Source: Bacillota bacterium
GTDB taxonomy: Bacteria; Bacillota; Dethiobacteria; DTU022; UBA8154
Assembly (NCBI GenBank): GCA_030656575.1
Contig: JAUSPO010000190.1
Coordinates: forward strand, 1 to 63,468
Length of the DNA: 63,468 bases
Direction: 5' to 3'
A model generated the notes under the pieces. The model was not told where the DNA came from. It made no database searches and saw nothing but the letters and a program-made list of their open reading frames with translations. Below, one piece after another: positions 27,255-36,082 of this stretch (within the stretch, counting starts at the first letter, position 1; each line of letters starts with the position of its first letter). Made by a program: the position numbers and the translations under genes.

Positions 27255-28239
27255 CCCTTGAAATAATTATTTCGCCGGACTCATCCAGCCTGCGGATAAT
27301 CCCCACAATACGCTGCTGGGCCTCTTCAACTTCCCGCAGCCTCACAGGACCCATAAATTCCAGATCCTCTTTCAGCATTTCGCCAGCCCGTTTGGAAATA
27401 TTTCGTAAGATGCGATCCTTTACCTCTTCATTGACACCTTTGAGAGCCTTGGCCAGATCCTTGCTGTCTACCTCACGGACAATGCGCTGTATGGAAGAGT
27501 CATCCAAAGTGATAATATCATCAAAAATAAACATCCGCTGCCTGATCTCATCAGCCAACTCAGCATCTTCTTTCTCCAGAGCCTCCAGAATAAGCTTTTC
27601 CGTACCCCTGTCAACACGATTGAGGATATCAACAACCGTCTCCACTCCACCAGCCTGGGTAAAGTCCTGCTGGAAAACGCTTGACAGCTTCTCTTTCAGC
27701 ACCTTCTCAACTTCTTTAAGTATTTCAGGGGAAGTCCGGTCCATAAGAGCAATGCGACGGGCCACATCAGGCCTCATTTCCTCAGGTAAATCAGAAATTA
27801 CCAGAGCTCCCTGCTGGGAATCAAGATAGGAGAGGATCAGGGCGATAGTCTGGGGATGTTCCCTGCTGATCATGTTTGCCAGCTGCTTGGGATCAGTATT
27901 GCGTACAAAAGTGAAAGGCTTAACTTTAACCTGCTCCTTAAGACGCTTCATAATATCCACAGCCTTATGGTGCCCCAATGTTCTCTCCAGGAGATCGCGG
28001 GCATAGTCCACACCGCCTTCCAGCATGAACTGCTGGGCCTGAGTGATCAGGAGGAATTCATCTAAAACCTCGTCCCTTATTTCTCTCTCTACCCGGCTTA
28101 AATTGGCAATTTCCATGGTAACAGCTTCAATTTCCTGCTCTGAAAACTGCTTTAATATTCGGGAAGAGATATCAGGACCCATGGACAAGAGCATAATAGC
28201 CACCTTTTTTTTCCCTGTAAGCTTATCCTCATTGGGCAA
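27229..28239 (-). CDS. fliG: FliG rotor/switch protein
   Basis: 336 aa with GKKKVAIMLLSMGPD, EHPQTIALILSYL and a MFIFDDI (MFxF) motif. TTG start after AAGGAGGG. Confidence 0.95.
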   Translation of the reverse strand: MPNEDKLTGKKKVAIMLLSMGPDISSRILKQFSEQEIEAVTMEIANLSRVEREIRDEVLDEFLLITQAQQFMLEGGVDYARDLLERTLGHHKAVDIMKRLKEQVKVKPFTFVRNTDPKQLANMISREHPQTIALILSYLDSQQGALVISDLPEEMRPDVARRIALMDRTSPEILKEVEKVLKEKLSSVFQQDFTQAGGVETVVDILNRVDRGTEKLILEALEKEDAELADEIRQRMFIFDDIITLDDSSIQRIVREVDSKDLAKALKGVNEEVKDRILRNISKRAGEMLKEDLEFMGPVRLREVEEAQQRIVGIIRRLDESGEIIISRGGEDAIIA

Positions 28240-28258
28240 AAAAGAGCCCTCCTTACTG

Positions 28259-29830
28259 CTATTCTTCTGTCATCCATGATTTCAGGACCGAAACGGCCAC
28301 TTCCGGATTTTTATCCATCACTTTTCGGGCCCTGCCCTGCGGCGTTTTTTCGGGAGATATCTCCGGAACAAAATCTTCTTTTTCCTCAAGGGCAAACAGT
28401 TCTTTCAGGGAGCGCCCTTCAGAAAGGGGTACAATGTCCATCTCTCGTGAAAGTTTGCGGCGACGCAGTATAGCCACCAACAACAGGATAAAACCTAGGA
28501 TAGCCCCTCCCCCCATCACAGCCTGGCGAATGATCTCCTCCTGGCGCCTCTGACCCTCAAATTCAGCCATAGCCAGATGGGCCGCCTCCATTTGTTCAGT
28601 AAAGGATGTATCAAAATTCATTCCCTCCACACTGATTCTGTCTCCCCGAGCTTCATCAAAACCAATAGCTGAAGAAATGAGAGTATTGACCTGTTCAATC
28701 TTAGCCTGATTTACGGAGTTCTCTCCCGTATCGATGACTACGGAAGTATTGACCCTCAGCACCTTTCCAGGAGCCGTGATCATCCTTTCCGTACTCTCTC
28801 CTATCTCATAGTTAACGGTTTCTTCACGTCTATCGTGACTGCTTTCTCCTCCCTGAACCACCCCAACATAACCGGGGTAGTTGGCCTCTCCCACTTCACC
28901 CGCTACGGGCCCTTCCCCCTCATGGCGTTCTTCCATGAGATAAGTGCTGCGGGGAACTCCTGCCTCATCATAAGTAATCACAGTTGTCTCACGGGAATCA
29001 AAGTCCATATCCACCGTTACAAGAGCGAGTGCCTTGCCTGGGCCAAAAACTCTCTCCAGCATGTTCTGCGCCCTGCGCTCCAATTCCACTTCAAAGCTTC
29101 GCTTTACGCTCAGTTGGTTAAGGACAGAATCAGCCAATGCAATATGCGGGTCCGAAGTTGTTACCGCATCGTAAAGAATATTACCCTGGGAATCGATCAG
29201 AGTTATATTCTCAGGCTTTAAGTTTTCAACACTTGAAGCTACCAGGAAAACAATCCCTCTCACCTGCTCTTCCTTCAGAGAAAGAAAGGGATTTAACTGC
29301 AGGTAAATGGCGGCAGAGGGCTCACCCCTCTCTCTCAGGAAAACACGTGGCTCAGGCAGGACGAGGTGTACCCTGGCCTGGGTAACGGCATCAATGGAGG
29401 TGATCGTGCGCCTGAGCTCTTCCTGGAGGGCGCGCTGCATCTTTACCTGGCGCTCAAAGTCAGTCATTCCAAGACGATCCTCATCAAAGAGTTCAAAACC
29501 CAACCCCTGGGCAAAAGGCATTCCCCTTCCGGCCATCTCGATACGCATTTCATCGGCCATACTCTGAGAAACCTTAATCGTGGCGCCAAAATCCTCGATC
29601 CGGTAAGGCACCCCCCGCTCACGCAGATGCTGCACCAGGGGCGCAGCCTGGGCCGGGTCCAGGTTACTGTAAAGAGTCACATACTGCGGTTTGGTGAAGT
29701 ACTGTACAAATAACAACAGCACAGCAATGACAACCGCTGCAGTAATCACAATAAAAACCTGGCGGGAACGGCTGCTCTGCTGCCAGTTCTCCATTAGGCC
29801 GCCCCTATTTGTACCCTTTTCTTCATCCAT
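28259..29830 (-). CDS. fliF: FliF MS-ring protein
   Basis: About 520 aa with an N-terminal TM, the periplasmic ring-building region and a C-terminal TM. Start uncertain (29839 GTG, 29830 ATG or 29794 ATG). Confidence 0.9.
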   Translation of the reverse strand: MDEEKGTNRGGLMENWQQSSRSRQVFIVITAAVVIAVLLLFVQYFTKPQYVTLYSNLDPAQAAPLVQHLRERGVPYRIEDFGATIKVSQSMADEMRIEMAGRGMPFAQGLGFELFDEDRLGMTDFERQVKMQRALQEELRRTITSIDAVTQARVHLVLPEPRVFLRERGEPSAAIYLQLNPFLSLKEEQVRGIVFLVASSVENLKPENITLIDSQGNILYDAVTTSDPHIALADSVLNQLSVKRSFEVELERRAQNMLERVFGPGKALALVTVDMDFDSRETTVITYDEAGVPRSTYLMEERHEGEGPVAGEVGEANYPGYVGVVQGGESSHDRREETVNYEIGESTERMITAPGKVLRVNTSVVIDTGENSVNQAKIEQVNTLISSAIGFDEARGDRISVEGMNFDTSFTEQMEAAHLAMAEFEGQRRQEEIIRQAVMGGGAILGFILLLVAILRRRKLSREMDIVPLSEGRSLKELFALEEKEDFVPEISPEKTPQGRARKVMDKNPEVAVSVLKSWMTEE

Positions 29831-29933
29831 AACTGACACCTCTCTATAGAAGCGGTGAAACTAAAAAACAGCAGGACTCTCACATTGGTAAAAAACCATT
29901 TTTACCGGATTTCCGAGCTGTTCCATCTCTGTT

Positions 29934-30224
29934 TTAGATCTGCATACGGGTGATTTCTTTATATGCCTCGATAAGCTTATTGGTGATCTGCACAGTTAAC
30001 TGCAGGGAAAGCTTGGCCTTTTCCGAGGCAATCATGACCTGGTGCAAGTCTTCTATTTCGCCGGAAATGAGGCCCTGAGTGGCAATGCCTGACTCAATCT
30101 GCTGTTGATTGACCTTGTTCATGGCATCCCGATAAAGGTTGCCGAAAACTGCGGAAGTTGATTCTTTTTTTTCTTCTTTTCCCGCCGGGGACAAAGGAGC
30201 TACATACGGATTAATGCGCATCAA
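29934..30224 (-). CDS. fliE: FliE basal-body protein
   Basis: 96 aa. C-terminus ...LHQVMIASEKAKLSLQLTVQITNKLIEAYKEI. Confidence 0.85.
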   Translation of the reverse strand: MMRINPYVAPLSPAGKEEKKESTSAVFGNLYRDAMNKVNQQQIESGIATQGLISGEIEDLHQVMIASEKAKLSLQLTVQITNKLIEAYKEITRMQI

Positions 30225-30251
30225 AGATCACCTTTTTCCTTTCTAAACTGC

Positions 30252-30677
30252 CTAGCCGCGGCCGATTTCCAGGGTTTTTAAGTAGAGGCTTTTTGCCGTA
30301 TTGATCACTGTGGTATTGGCCTCATATGAACGGGAAGCTGTAATAAGATCCGTCATCTCCTTAGCCAGTTCAATATTTGGATAGGAAACAAAACCCGCTT
30401 CATTAGCATCCGGGTGCTCCGGGTCATATTCCTGGCGGGGGGGGTTGGGGTCATCCACCACAGCGGAAACCCGTACACCCTGTCCCCGAAACTTGGGAGG
30501 CACCTGCCGAACCTGATCCAGCCTCTCGCTGAAGACAACCGTCTTACGCCGGTAAGGCCCCCCGGCAGCCGTCCTGGTGGTCTGCATGTTTGCAAGGTTG
30601 CTTGCCACGGTATCCACCCGCACTTTTTCCGCTGTCAGAGCGGAAGCGCTAATATTAAATGAACGAAATAGCTCCAT
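30252..30677 (-). CDS. flgC: FlgC proximal rod protein
   Basis: FNISASALTAEKVRVDTVASNLANMQTT...YPNIELAKEMTDLITASRSYEAN. Confidence 0.9.
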   Translation of the reverse strand: MELFRSFNISASALTAEKVRVDTVASNLANMQTTRTAAGGPYRRKTVVFSERLDQVRQVPPKFRGQGVRVSAVVDDPNPPRQEYDPEHPDANEAGFVSYPNIELAKEMTDLITASRSYEANTTVINTAKSLYLKTLEIGRG

Positions 30678-30683
30678 TATTTA

Positions 30684-31073
30684 TCATCTCCCCTCGTTAA
30701 TGACATGACGCCACCTCTCAAACCGACCACTTATGGACTGGATAAGGGTATTATAGCGTAACTGATTGCTGACCAGATCCAACATCTCCTGGTCCAGATC
30801 AACATTGTTCCCGTCAGACCGTCTCGATGTATGGCTCTCTACCTCTACACGGGGACTGCCGTGCTGTTCCCTTCCGGAAAGATGCCTTGGATTTGTCTTC
30901 TGAAGGGAAAGTGAAGTTTTTGCCCTGCTCAATTCCTCGCTAAAGGCCACATAAGACCTTTTGTAACCGGGAGTATTAAGATTGGCAATATTTTGCGCGG
31001 TCACCTTTTGTCGAAGGGCCGCCGCATCAAGGCTTCTAATGAGAGATCCTGTAAGGGGATCATTCCAAAGCAT
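30684..31073 (-). CDS. flgB: FlgB proximal rod protein (first gene of the operon)
   Basis: ...LDAAALRQKVTAQNIANLNTPGYKR...DLDQEMLDLVSNQLRYN. ATG at 31073 after ACGGAGGTG. Confidence 0.9.
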   Translation of the reverse strand: MLWNDPLTGSLIRSLDAAALRQKVTAQNIANLNTPGYKRSYVAFSEELSRAKTSLSLQKTNPRHLSGREQHGSPRVEVESHTSRRSDGNNVDLDQEMLDLVSNQLRYNTLIQSISGRFERWRHVINEGR

Positions 31074-31220
31074 AGAAACCACCTCCGTAGCTAAATTCCC
31101 TTTTAACTATTACTTGAAAAATAAACATCTTTTGTCAGATTATTCGCCAAAAGGTTAGAAATTCCTTCTCCTAAGTGTAAAGATTGAAAAATTATGACGA
31201 TTTTTTGCAAATCTTTGACG

Positions 31221-31259
31221 AAAAACAAAATAAAAAGCCGGAACGCAAGCATCCGGCTT
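31221..31259 (-). terminator. Rho-independent terminator after fliS
   Basis: Minus strand AAGCCGGA-tgcttgcgt-TCCGGCTT followed by TTTTATTTTGTTTTT. Confidence 0.75.
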
Positions 31260-31298
31260 GAAAAACCCCTCATCCATGAGTGTATTTTCCCGTTTCCC

Positions 31299-31847
31299 TC
31301 ATCCACTAATATTCAATCTACTGGAACCTTCCTGCAAAAATTCTTCATCCCTTGTCTTTTGTTCATATCCGCTTTTACTTTTTGCCTGCATTTTATCCTG
31401 AACTTTTTCCGACTCCCCGGGACCGTCTTCGTCAATTTCTATAAGCTTTTTAACTTGGTTTCCCATTTCCCTTGGAATTATTTTTCCTTCAATGGACTCT
31501 CTCCAGGAAGCGGCCAGTTCCTTAAGCATCTCCTCGACCTGACCAAGCGGTACTCCATCCTTACTTATATTTGCCTGTACCAGAAGGTGGTGCATATACT
31601 CATAAAGGCTGTAAAGAGAAAGAGCTACACCACCGACTTCCAATTTCAGAGAAGACATAAGTTCAGCAATAATATCCTGAACACGCAGGATATTATTATT
31701 CGTCCCCTGCAGATCCCCTTCCTCCAGGCACACCCTGGCACGGCCCAGGAACCGCAGTGCCCCGTCGTAGAGCATCAGCAAAAGCCTCCCCTGATCCGCT
31801 GTCTCAACCTGTACTTTTTTGTACTGGGCATACGGATTAGCCCCCAT
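31299..31847 (-). CDS. fliS: FliS flagellin export chaperone with a C-terminal extension of about 55 aa
   Basis: NPYAQYKKVQVETADQGRLLLMLYDGALRFL...IISELM-like core. 182 aa where typical FliS is about 130 aa. Confidence 0.85.
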   Translation of the reverse strand: MGANPYAQYKKVQVETADQGRLLLMLYDGALRFLGRARVCLEEGDLQGTNNNILRVQDIIAELMSSLKLEVGGVALSLYSLYEYMHHLLVQANISKDGVPLGQVEEMLKELAASWRESIEGKIIPREMGNQVKKLIEIDEDGPGESEKVQDKMQAKSKSGYEQKTRDEEFLQEGSSRLNISG

Positions 31848-31920
31848 AAAACATCACTCCAATCTTTTTGCTGCAAACCCTTGCATGAAATAGAGCTGAA
31901 ATGTTGTTAGAAGTAATTCA

Positions 31921-32301
31921 TCAGCGGCGCTGGTCAACAAAGAGGCCTAGAACCGTCTGAATCTGCGCAACCAAATTCAGTAACTTCTCAGGAGGAATCT
32001 CTCTAATTACCTCGTTGTCTGCCCGGTTATAAACCTCGACCATAACTCTTTCAGATTCCTCATGGATACTGAAACGCAGGCCGGTGTTGAAAGCTTGGGC
32101 GGTAATATTAACCTTTTCCACCGCATCCTGCAGGTCCTCCATATGCGTACGATCCCACTCCAAAACCTTCTGTTCACTGTTCAACACCTTTTGATGCTGC
32201 TTCTGTTTAGGATCCTGCCTTTCACTCTCTTGAACGACAGGTTTCTGAGTGATATCATGGATCCTGTTTAAACTCACAGGGTCAATTCCGTCAATCTTCA
32301 C
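31921..32301 (-). CDS. flaG: FlaG-family protein
   Basis: 126 aa. ...LRFSIHEESERVMVEVYNRADNEVIREIPPEKLLNL is the FlaG signature. GTG start after GGAGG. Confidence 0.8.
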   Translation of the reverse strand: MKIDGIDPVSLNRIHDITQKPVVQESERQDPKQKQHQKVLNSEQKVLEWDRTHMEDLQDAVEKVNITAQAFNTGLRFSIHEESERVMVEVYNRADNEVIREIPPEKLLNLVAQIQTVLGLFVDQRR

Positions 32302-32424
32302 ATCTTCACCTCCTTCTTCTATACAGAATTTATTATACTTTTTCAGATTCTTTAGATCTCACTTATATGTTTCTGTTTCGTAGTTCCTTAGAAAAATCAG
32401 AAGTACAGCTTAAGCTAAACCAGC

Positions 32425-32985
32425 TCACTCGAAGTGCTTGTCCAGCTTCTCCATAATTAAATCGTAAGTCCTCATGGAAACCTCAGGCAGCCCGCCGAGC
32501 ATTTCTTTCACCTGCCGAAATCCTTCTTTAATGGCGCCTTTTAGTTCCCCCAACTTTGCTTTGTCGCCCCCGGAAAGAGCAATGGCAAAATCAACGATCC
32601 TATTGCTGACAGCTTCCGCTCCGAGGGGGCCGTCGTCTGCAACGAATCGGGCCGCTTCCACCCTGGCAGCTTCATCAACTTTCACGCTCTTCATGCCCGC
32701 TTCTTTCAACCTGTCAGCTGAAAGGCCCTGTCTTTCCAGAAGCTCAATAACTATACGCCTTAGAGATTCATATGCTTTTTCGCTTTCATCTTTGAGCCTG
32801 GCGATAGAAGTATGGTCTGTTTTACTTAGAGATCTTCCATATGTAACTACTTTTTCTTTACTGCCCGGCTCATAGACATCTGTCTGGTTATTGATACCCG
32901 CTTTTGGGGGGGCTGCTTCTTCTTTGTTATTTGCTTCGGGTGTCTTCCCGTAACCCGTAACCGGCTGCAGCGGATGAATTCTCAT
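32425..32985 (-). CDS. Hypothetical protein of a family seen next to flagellin/flaG genes in Clostridia (DUF5610-like, tentative)
   Basis: 186 aa. ...GPLGAEAVSNRIVDFAIALSGGDKAKLGELKGAIKEGFRQVKEMLGGLPEV.... It has its own sigma-D-type promoter. Confidence 0.55.
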   Translation of the reverse strand: MRIHPLQPVTGYGKTPEANNKEEAAPPKAGINNQTDVYEPGSKEKVVTYGRSLSKTDHTSIARLKDESEKAYESLRRIVIELLERQGLSADRLKEAGMKSVKVDEAARVEAARFVADDGPLGAEAVSNRIVDFAIALSGGDKAKLGELKGAIKEGFRQVKEMLGGLPEVSMRTYDLIMEKLDKHFE

Positions 32986-33010
32986 TAACGTTCATCTCCC
33001 TTCAATATAT

Positions 33011-33037
33011 TTATCGAAAGATTTCCCGAAAAGTTTA
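33011..33037 (-). promoter_or_regulatory. Sigma-D/sigma-28-type promoter for the 32425-32985 gene
   Basis: The minus strand reads TAAA-N15-TTCGATAA with canonical spacing. Confidence 0.55.
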
Positions 33038-33107
33038 AGACCAAACAAAAAAAAGTCCCCAAAACTGAAATATTGCTGGATAATTGAGGAGATGCGCGAC
33101 GAATGAT

Positions 33108-33133
33108 AATAAGTTAAGTGCCAGGCACCATCC
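33108..33133 (+). repeat. Left copy of a 26-nt direct repeat bounding the 1.9-kb double-TA segment
   Basis: AATAAGTTAAGTGCCAGGCACCATCC. It matches 25/26 with 35046-35071 and contains the palindrome GTGCC-A-GGCAC. Confidence 0.85.
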
Positions 33134-33149
33134 CCACTAAAAAATTATT

Positions 33150-33608
33150 TCAACTTTGATTCGTTCTCGCAGGCCGTTCCTCAGGAATAAGCGAAAACCC
33201 CTCTTGATGATAATAATCCCAAAGTCTTGCATCCCAACACCCCACGACAAGTTCTTCACCTTCATTTCGCCTTGAAAGAACAATGGTACTGGCCAGATGG
33301 ATTGCATCAAAGCCGCGGAGACGATATTTGTCAATTAATGTATCAACCCGCTGAAGAACAGAATCGGCCACATCCAGAGTAAAAAAAGCCGGCCATTCTT
33401 CCTTAAAATTGGAAACTACGTCCCGGTATTCTTGATCGCCCAGTACGCCTTCGCGCCAGGCACGGGCGAAGGCAGACCTGGCCTCAGCATAAGCCACCCT
33501 GGATGTGGCCACAAAAAAACTCTTCCTCGAATAAGCGGCAACTAATTCACTGCCCTCTTCTTCTACATAGAGCTTTACCAGGGCACTGGTATCAAAATAA
33601 CAAATCAT
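33150..33608 (-). CDS. vapC: PIN-domain toxin (VapC-like)
   Basis: 152 aa. MICYFDTSALVKLY...FDAIHLAS... gives the PIN acidic residues. Overlaps the upstream antitoxin by 4 nt. Confidence 0.8.
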   Translation of the reverse strand: MICYFDTSALVKLYVEEEGSELVAAYSRKSFFVATSRVAYAEARSAFARAWREGVLGDQEYRDVVSNFKEEWPAFFTLDVADSVLQRVDTLIDKYRLRGFDAIHLASTIVLSRRNEGEELVVGCWDARLWDYYHQEGFSLIPEERPARTNQS

Positions 33609-33880
33609 CGCCGTTCCTCACTCACCATCTCTGAAAGATCCTTACCTTTTGCACCCTTTTTACGAATAGGCTTAATCTGCCCTGGCCTGCTCCCCTGCCA
33701 AAATGCAAGACCTTCATCTACCATTTTGAGCGCTCCTTCCGGAACTCTTACATGAACAGGAGAAAGCCTTGCAACGGGAACTCCCCTTTCCGTAATGGTA
33801 ATGGTTTCCCCCATTTTGACCTTTCGAATATAACGGCTCAGCGATCTTTTTACTTCTTTTATGCCTGCATTTTCCACCAT
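33605..33880 (-). CDS. Phd/YefM-type antitoxin
   Basis: 91 aa. IKEVKRSLSRYIRKVKMGETITITERGVPVARLSP is the Phd/YefM N-terminal fold pattern. 4-nt overlap with the PIN gene. Confidence 0.75.
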   Translation of the reverse strand: MVENAGIKEVKRSLSRYIRKVKMGETITITERGVPVARLSPVHVRVPEGALKMVDEGLAFWQGSRPGQIKPIRKKGAKGKDLSEMVSEERR

Positions 33881-33911
33881 AAAATATTCACTCCCTGGAA
33901 ATAGTGACTAC

Positions 33912-33940
33912 ATTATACCATACATGTAACTACTAAGCAA
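33912..33940 (-). promoter_or_regulatory. Sigma-A-type promoter of the Phd-PIN operon
   Basis: Minus strand TTGCTT-N17-TATAAT with an extended -10 TG. The palindrome TACATGTA lies in the spacer and may be an operator. Confidence 0.5.
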
Positions 33941-34169
33941 TACAAGAAAACCCAAAATTTAGCTGATGCAATAAGAATTACAACATATCATATCCAAAGA
34001 GAAGACACCCTGGGAATCCAGAGTCTCTTTTTTGTACTCTGCTCAAGTTCAGTCTGCCAGTTCTTAAAGGCTGGCTCTAAGTTGAACTGAAGGATTTCCT
34101 AGCCCGTCGACCTTGGTTCTGTTCATATTCAGTGACCATAGTTGCCAAGGCACTGCAGGGTCTGATCGC

Positions 34170-34255
34170 CTACTCTCTTTATCAGTTATGAAGAAAGGGC
34201 CAGAGAGAAATCTCCCTGACCCTTTGGTAGCTTCGATTATTATCCGAGAAGCTGT
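34170..34255 (+). repeat. 86-bp direct repeat, copy 1: relic flagellin 3' end (last 4 codons plus stop) and its terminator hairpin
   Basis: 100% identical to 35080-35165 by direct comparison. On the minus strand it reads ...QLLG* followed by the hairpin AAAGGGTCAGGGAGA/TCTCTCTGGCCCTTT. Confidence 0.95.
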
Positions 34256-34263
34256 CAGAAAAT

Positions 34264-34292
34264 TTGAGCATATGTCAGAAATATTGTATAAT
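34264..34292 (+). promoter_or_regulatory. Sigma-A-type promoter of the AbrB-PIN module
   Basis: TTGAGC (34264-34269), N17, TATAAT (34287-34292). AGGAGG at 34311-34316 and ATG at 34324. Confidence 0.6.
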
Positions 34293-34323
34293 TGAACATA
34301 TATTAATTTCAGGAGGTAAAAAT

Positions 34324-34572
34324 ATGGAAAAGGTCAGAGTGGGAAAACGCTATCAGGTAGTTATTCCTGCGGCTATAAGAAAAAAAACAAAAATAAAAGT
34401 GGGAGATGAAATGCTTTTAGAAGTTGATAAAAGCGGCAACCTTTACTTGATACCGCAGCCCCAAAGCTACACCAACACTCTGAAGGGGCTGGGAGAGGAA
34501 ATATGGGAAAATGTAGATCCGCTTAGCTATCAACGAAGCGAACGAGAGGAAAAAGATCGTGACCCCCAATAA
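34324..34572 (+). CDS. AbrB/MazE/SpoVT-type antitoxin
   Basis: 82 aa. MEKVRVGKRYQVVIPAAIRKKTKIKVGDEMLLEV is the swapped-hairpin (SpoVT/AbrB) motif. Confidence 0.8.
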   Translation: MEKVRVGKRYQVVIPAAIRKKTKIKVGDEMLLEVDKSGNLYLIPQPQSYTNTLKGLGEEIWENVDPLSYQRSEREEKDRDPQ

Positions 34573-35022
34573 AATCCTTGAACAAAAAATTATCGGTATT
34601 GACACAATATTTTTATTTATGTTATTGAACACAAAAAATACCCCATCCAAGCTGATCATGCCGGAAAGATTCTACAGTTAGTAGAAAATGGGGAGCTAAT
34701 GGGCATTACCTCTGTAGTAAATATTATGGAACTACTTGTCCTTCCTGAAAAAGAAGGAAGGAAAGACCTTTTCAATAAATATATGCTCCTGTTAAAAGGA
34801 TTTCCAAACCTGAAGATAAGCGATATTAATCAGGAAATAGCAGAATTAGCGGCCAAACTCCGTGGAAAATATTTAAGGGAAAATAAAAAACTTCTATCCA
34901 TCGATGCTCTCTGTATAGCAACTTCTATTTTGAACAATGCCACTGCCTTTGTTTCCAACGATCTGCATCTATCCTTTATAAGAGAACTAGAAATTATTAA
35001 CCTTGAAAAAAGAGGAGTATGA
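34559..35022 (+). pseudogene. PIN-domain toxin gene disrupted by a 1-nt deletion after the first catalytic Asp
   Basis: Frame A from GTG 34559: VTPNKILEQKIIGIDT. The rest is in the +1 frame: NIFIYVIEHKKYPIQADHAGKILQLVENGELMGITSVVNIMELL...SIDALCIATS...FVSND. The frames join only if one base is added near 34605. Confidence 0.75.
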
Positions 35023-35045
35023 ATAAGTTAATAAGTTAAGTGACA

Positions 35046-35071
35046 AATAAGTTAAGTGACAGGCACCATCC
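35046..35071 (+). repeat. Right copy of the 26-nt direct repeat, preceded by partial tandem copies
   Basis: AATAAGTTAAGTGACAGGCACCATCC. ATAAGTTAAGTGACA occurs twice in 35031-35060. Confidence 0.85.
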
Positions 35072-35079
35072 TAACTTGA

Positions 35080-35165
35080 CTACTCTCTTTATCAGTTATG
35101 AAGAAAGGGCCAGAGAGAAATCTCCCTGACCCTTTGGTAGCTTCGATTATTATCCGAGAAGCTGT
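35080..35165 (+). repeat. 86-bp direct repeat, copy 2: functional fliC 3' end plus terminator
   Basis: Identical to 34170-34255. Overlaps the last 5 codons and stop of fliC (35150-35165). Confidence 0.95.
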
Positions 35166-35968
35166 AATACTGTTTGAGGAGCCATATTTGCCTGTGCAAG
35201 CATGGCAGTAGCTGCCTGGTTCAGGATGTTGGTCTTAGTGAATTCCATCATCTCTGCGGCCATATCTACGTCGCGGATACGGGATTCGGCAGCGGCCAGG
35301 TTTTCAGACGAAGTTCCCAGGTTGGCAATTGTATGCTCTAAACGGTTTTGTAAAGCACCCATTTTTGATCTTTCAGATGATACTGTCGTAATTGCTGCAT
35401 TAATGGTAGTAATTGCTACATCAGCATTGGTTTGAGTTGCGACGTCTACTCCGTCCACTCCAAGTCCAAATTCACTAGTTCCCATATCACTAATGTCAAC
35501 AGTCAAATTCTGACCTGCATTTGCTCCTATATGAAATATTTTAGCAGTAAATGAACCGTCTAATAACTTTTGGGTGTTAAACTCAGTATCATCAGCAATT
35601 CTATCAAGTTCTGTTATTAGTGCAGTAACTTCTTTTTGTAGTTCGGCACGATCATCATTTGTACCAGTATCGGTAGCTGACTGAACTGCCAACTCTCTCA
35701 TTCTCTGCAGTATAGAATGGGATTCGTTCAGCGCACCCTCTGCGGTCTGGATAAGCGAAATACCGTCCTGGGCGTTCCTTGTGGCTTGATTCAAACCTCT
35801 GATCTGACCTCTCATTTTCTCGCTGATGGCAAGACCAGCAGCGTCGTCACCGGCCCTGTTGATACGAAAACCTGAAGATAGTTTTTCCAATGATTTCTGA
35901 CTGTTCGTCTGATTGGCACCCAACTGCCGGTGCGCGTTCATCGCGCTGATGTTTGTGTTGATTCTCAT
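35150..35968 (-). CDS. fliC: Flagellin (short type, D0/D1 only)
   Basis: 272 aa. [20 protein letters not shown]...[33 protein letters not shown]...C-terminal [43 protein letters not shown]. Confidence 0.95.
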   Translation of the reverse strand: MRINTNISAMNAHRQLGANQTNSQKSLEKLSSGFRINRAGDDAAGLAISEKMRGQIRGLNQATRNAQDGISLIQTAEGALNESHSILQRMRELAVQSATDTGTNDDRAELQKEVTALITELDRIADDTEFNTQKLLDGSFTAKIFHIGANAGQNLTVDISDMGTSEFGLGVDGVDVATQTNADVAITTINAAITTVSSERSKMGALQNRLEHTIANLGTSSENLAAAESRIRDVDMAAEMMEFTKTNILNQAATAMLAQANMAPQTVLQLLG

Positions 35969-35976
35969 TTTTTATT

Positions 35977-36013
35977 CCTCCTTGAATTTTTTCGTCCCCA
36001 GTCCTTTGGGGAC
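35977..36013 (-). promoter_or_regulatory. Flagellin 5' leader with two CsrA-type GGA sites: a hairpin-loop site and an SD-overlapping site
   Basis: The minus strand reads GUCCCC-AAAGGACU-GGGGAC (35994-36013) with AGGA in the loop. Then GAAAAAAUUCAAGGAGGAAUAAAAAAUG follows, with the second GGA in the SD (35977-35981). Confidence 0.6.
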
Positions 36014-36082
36014 TTTATTTGAAAAAACAGCTCTCTCCGGTCGGCCGCCCAAAGATACCACTATTTTTTCCTTACACTTCTA

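Noticed and set aside
31083-31220. Main sigma-A promoter of the fla operon upstream of flgB. Candidates were CTGACA-N18-AGTAAT and TTGCAA-N17-TCAATC.
   Set aside because: Several weak alternatives exist and none is convincing by eye. TSS mapping is needed.
35022-35090. Integron attC-like site: GTTAAGT fits GTTRRRY, TA cassettes are typical integron cargo, and a 26-nt repeat bounds the cassettes.
   Set aside because: There is no integrase and no convincing inverse core (RYYYAAC) partner. Integrons are not expected in this kind of genome. Treated only as direct repeats.
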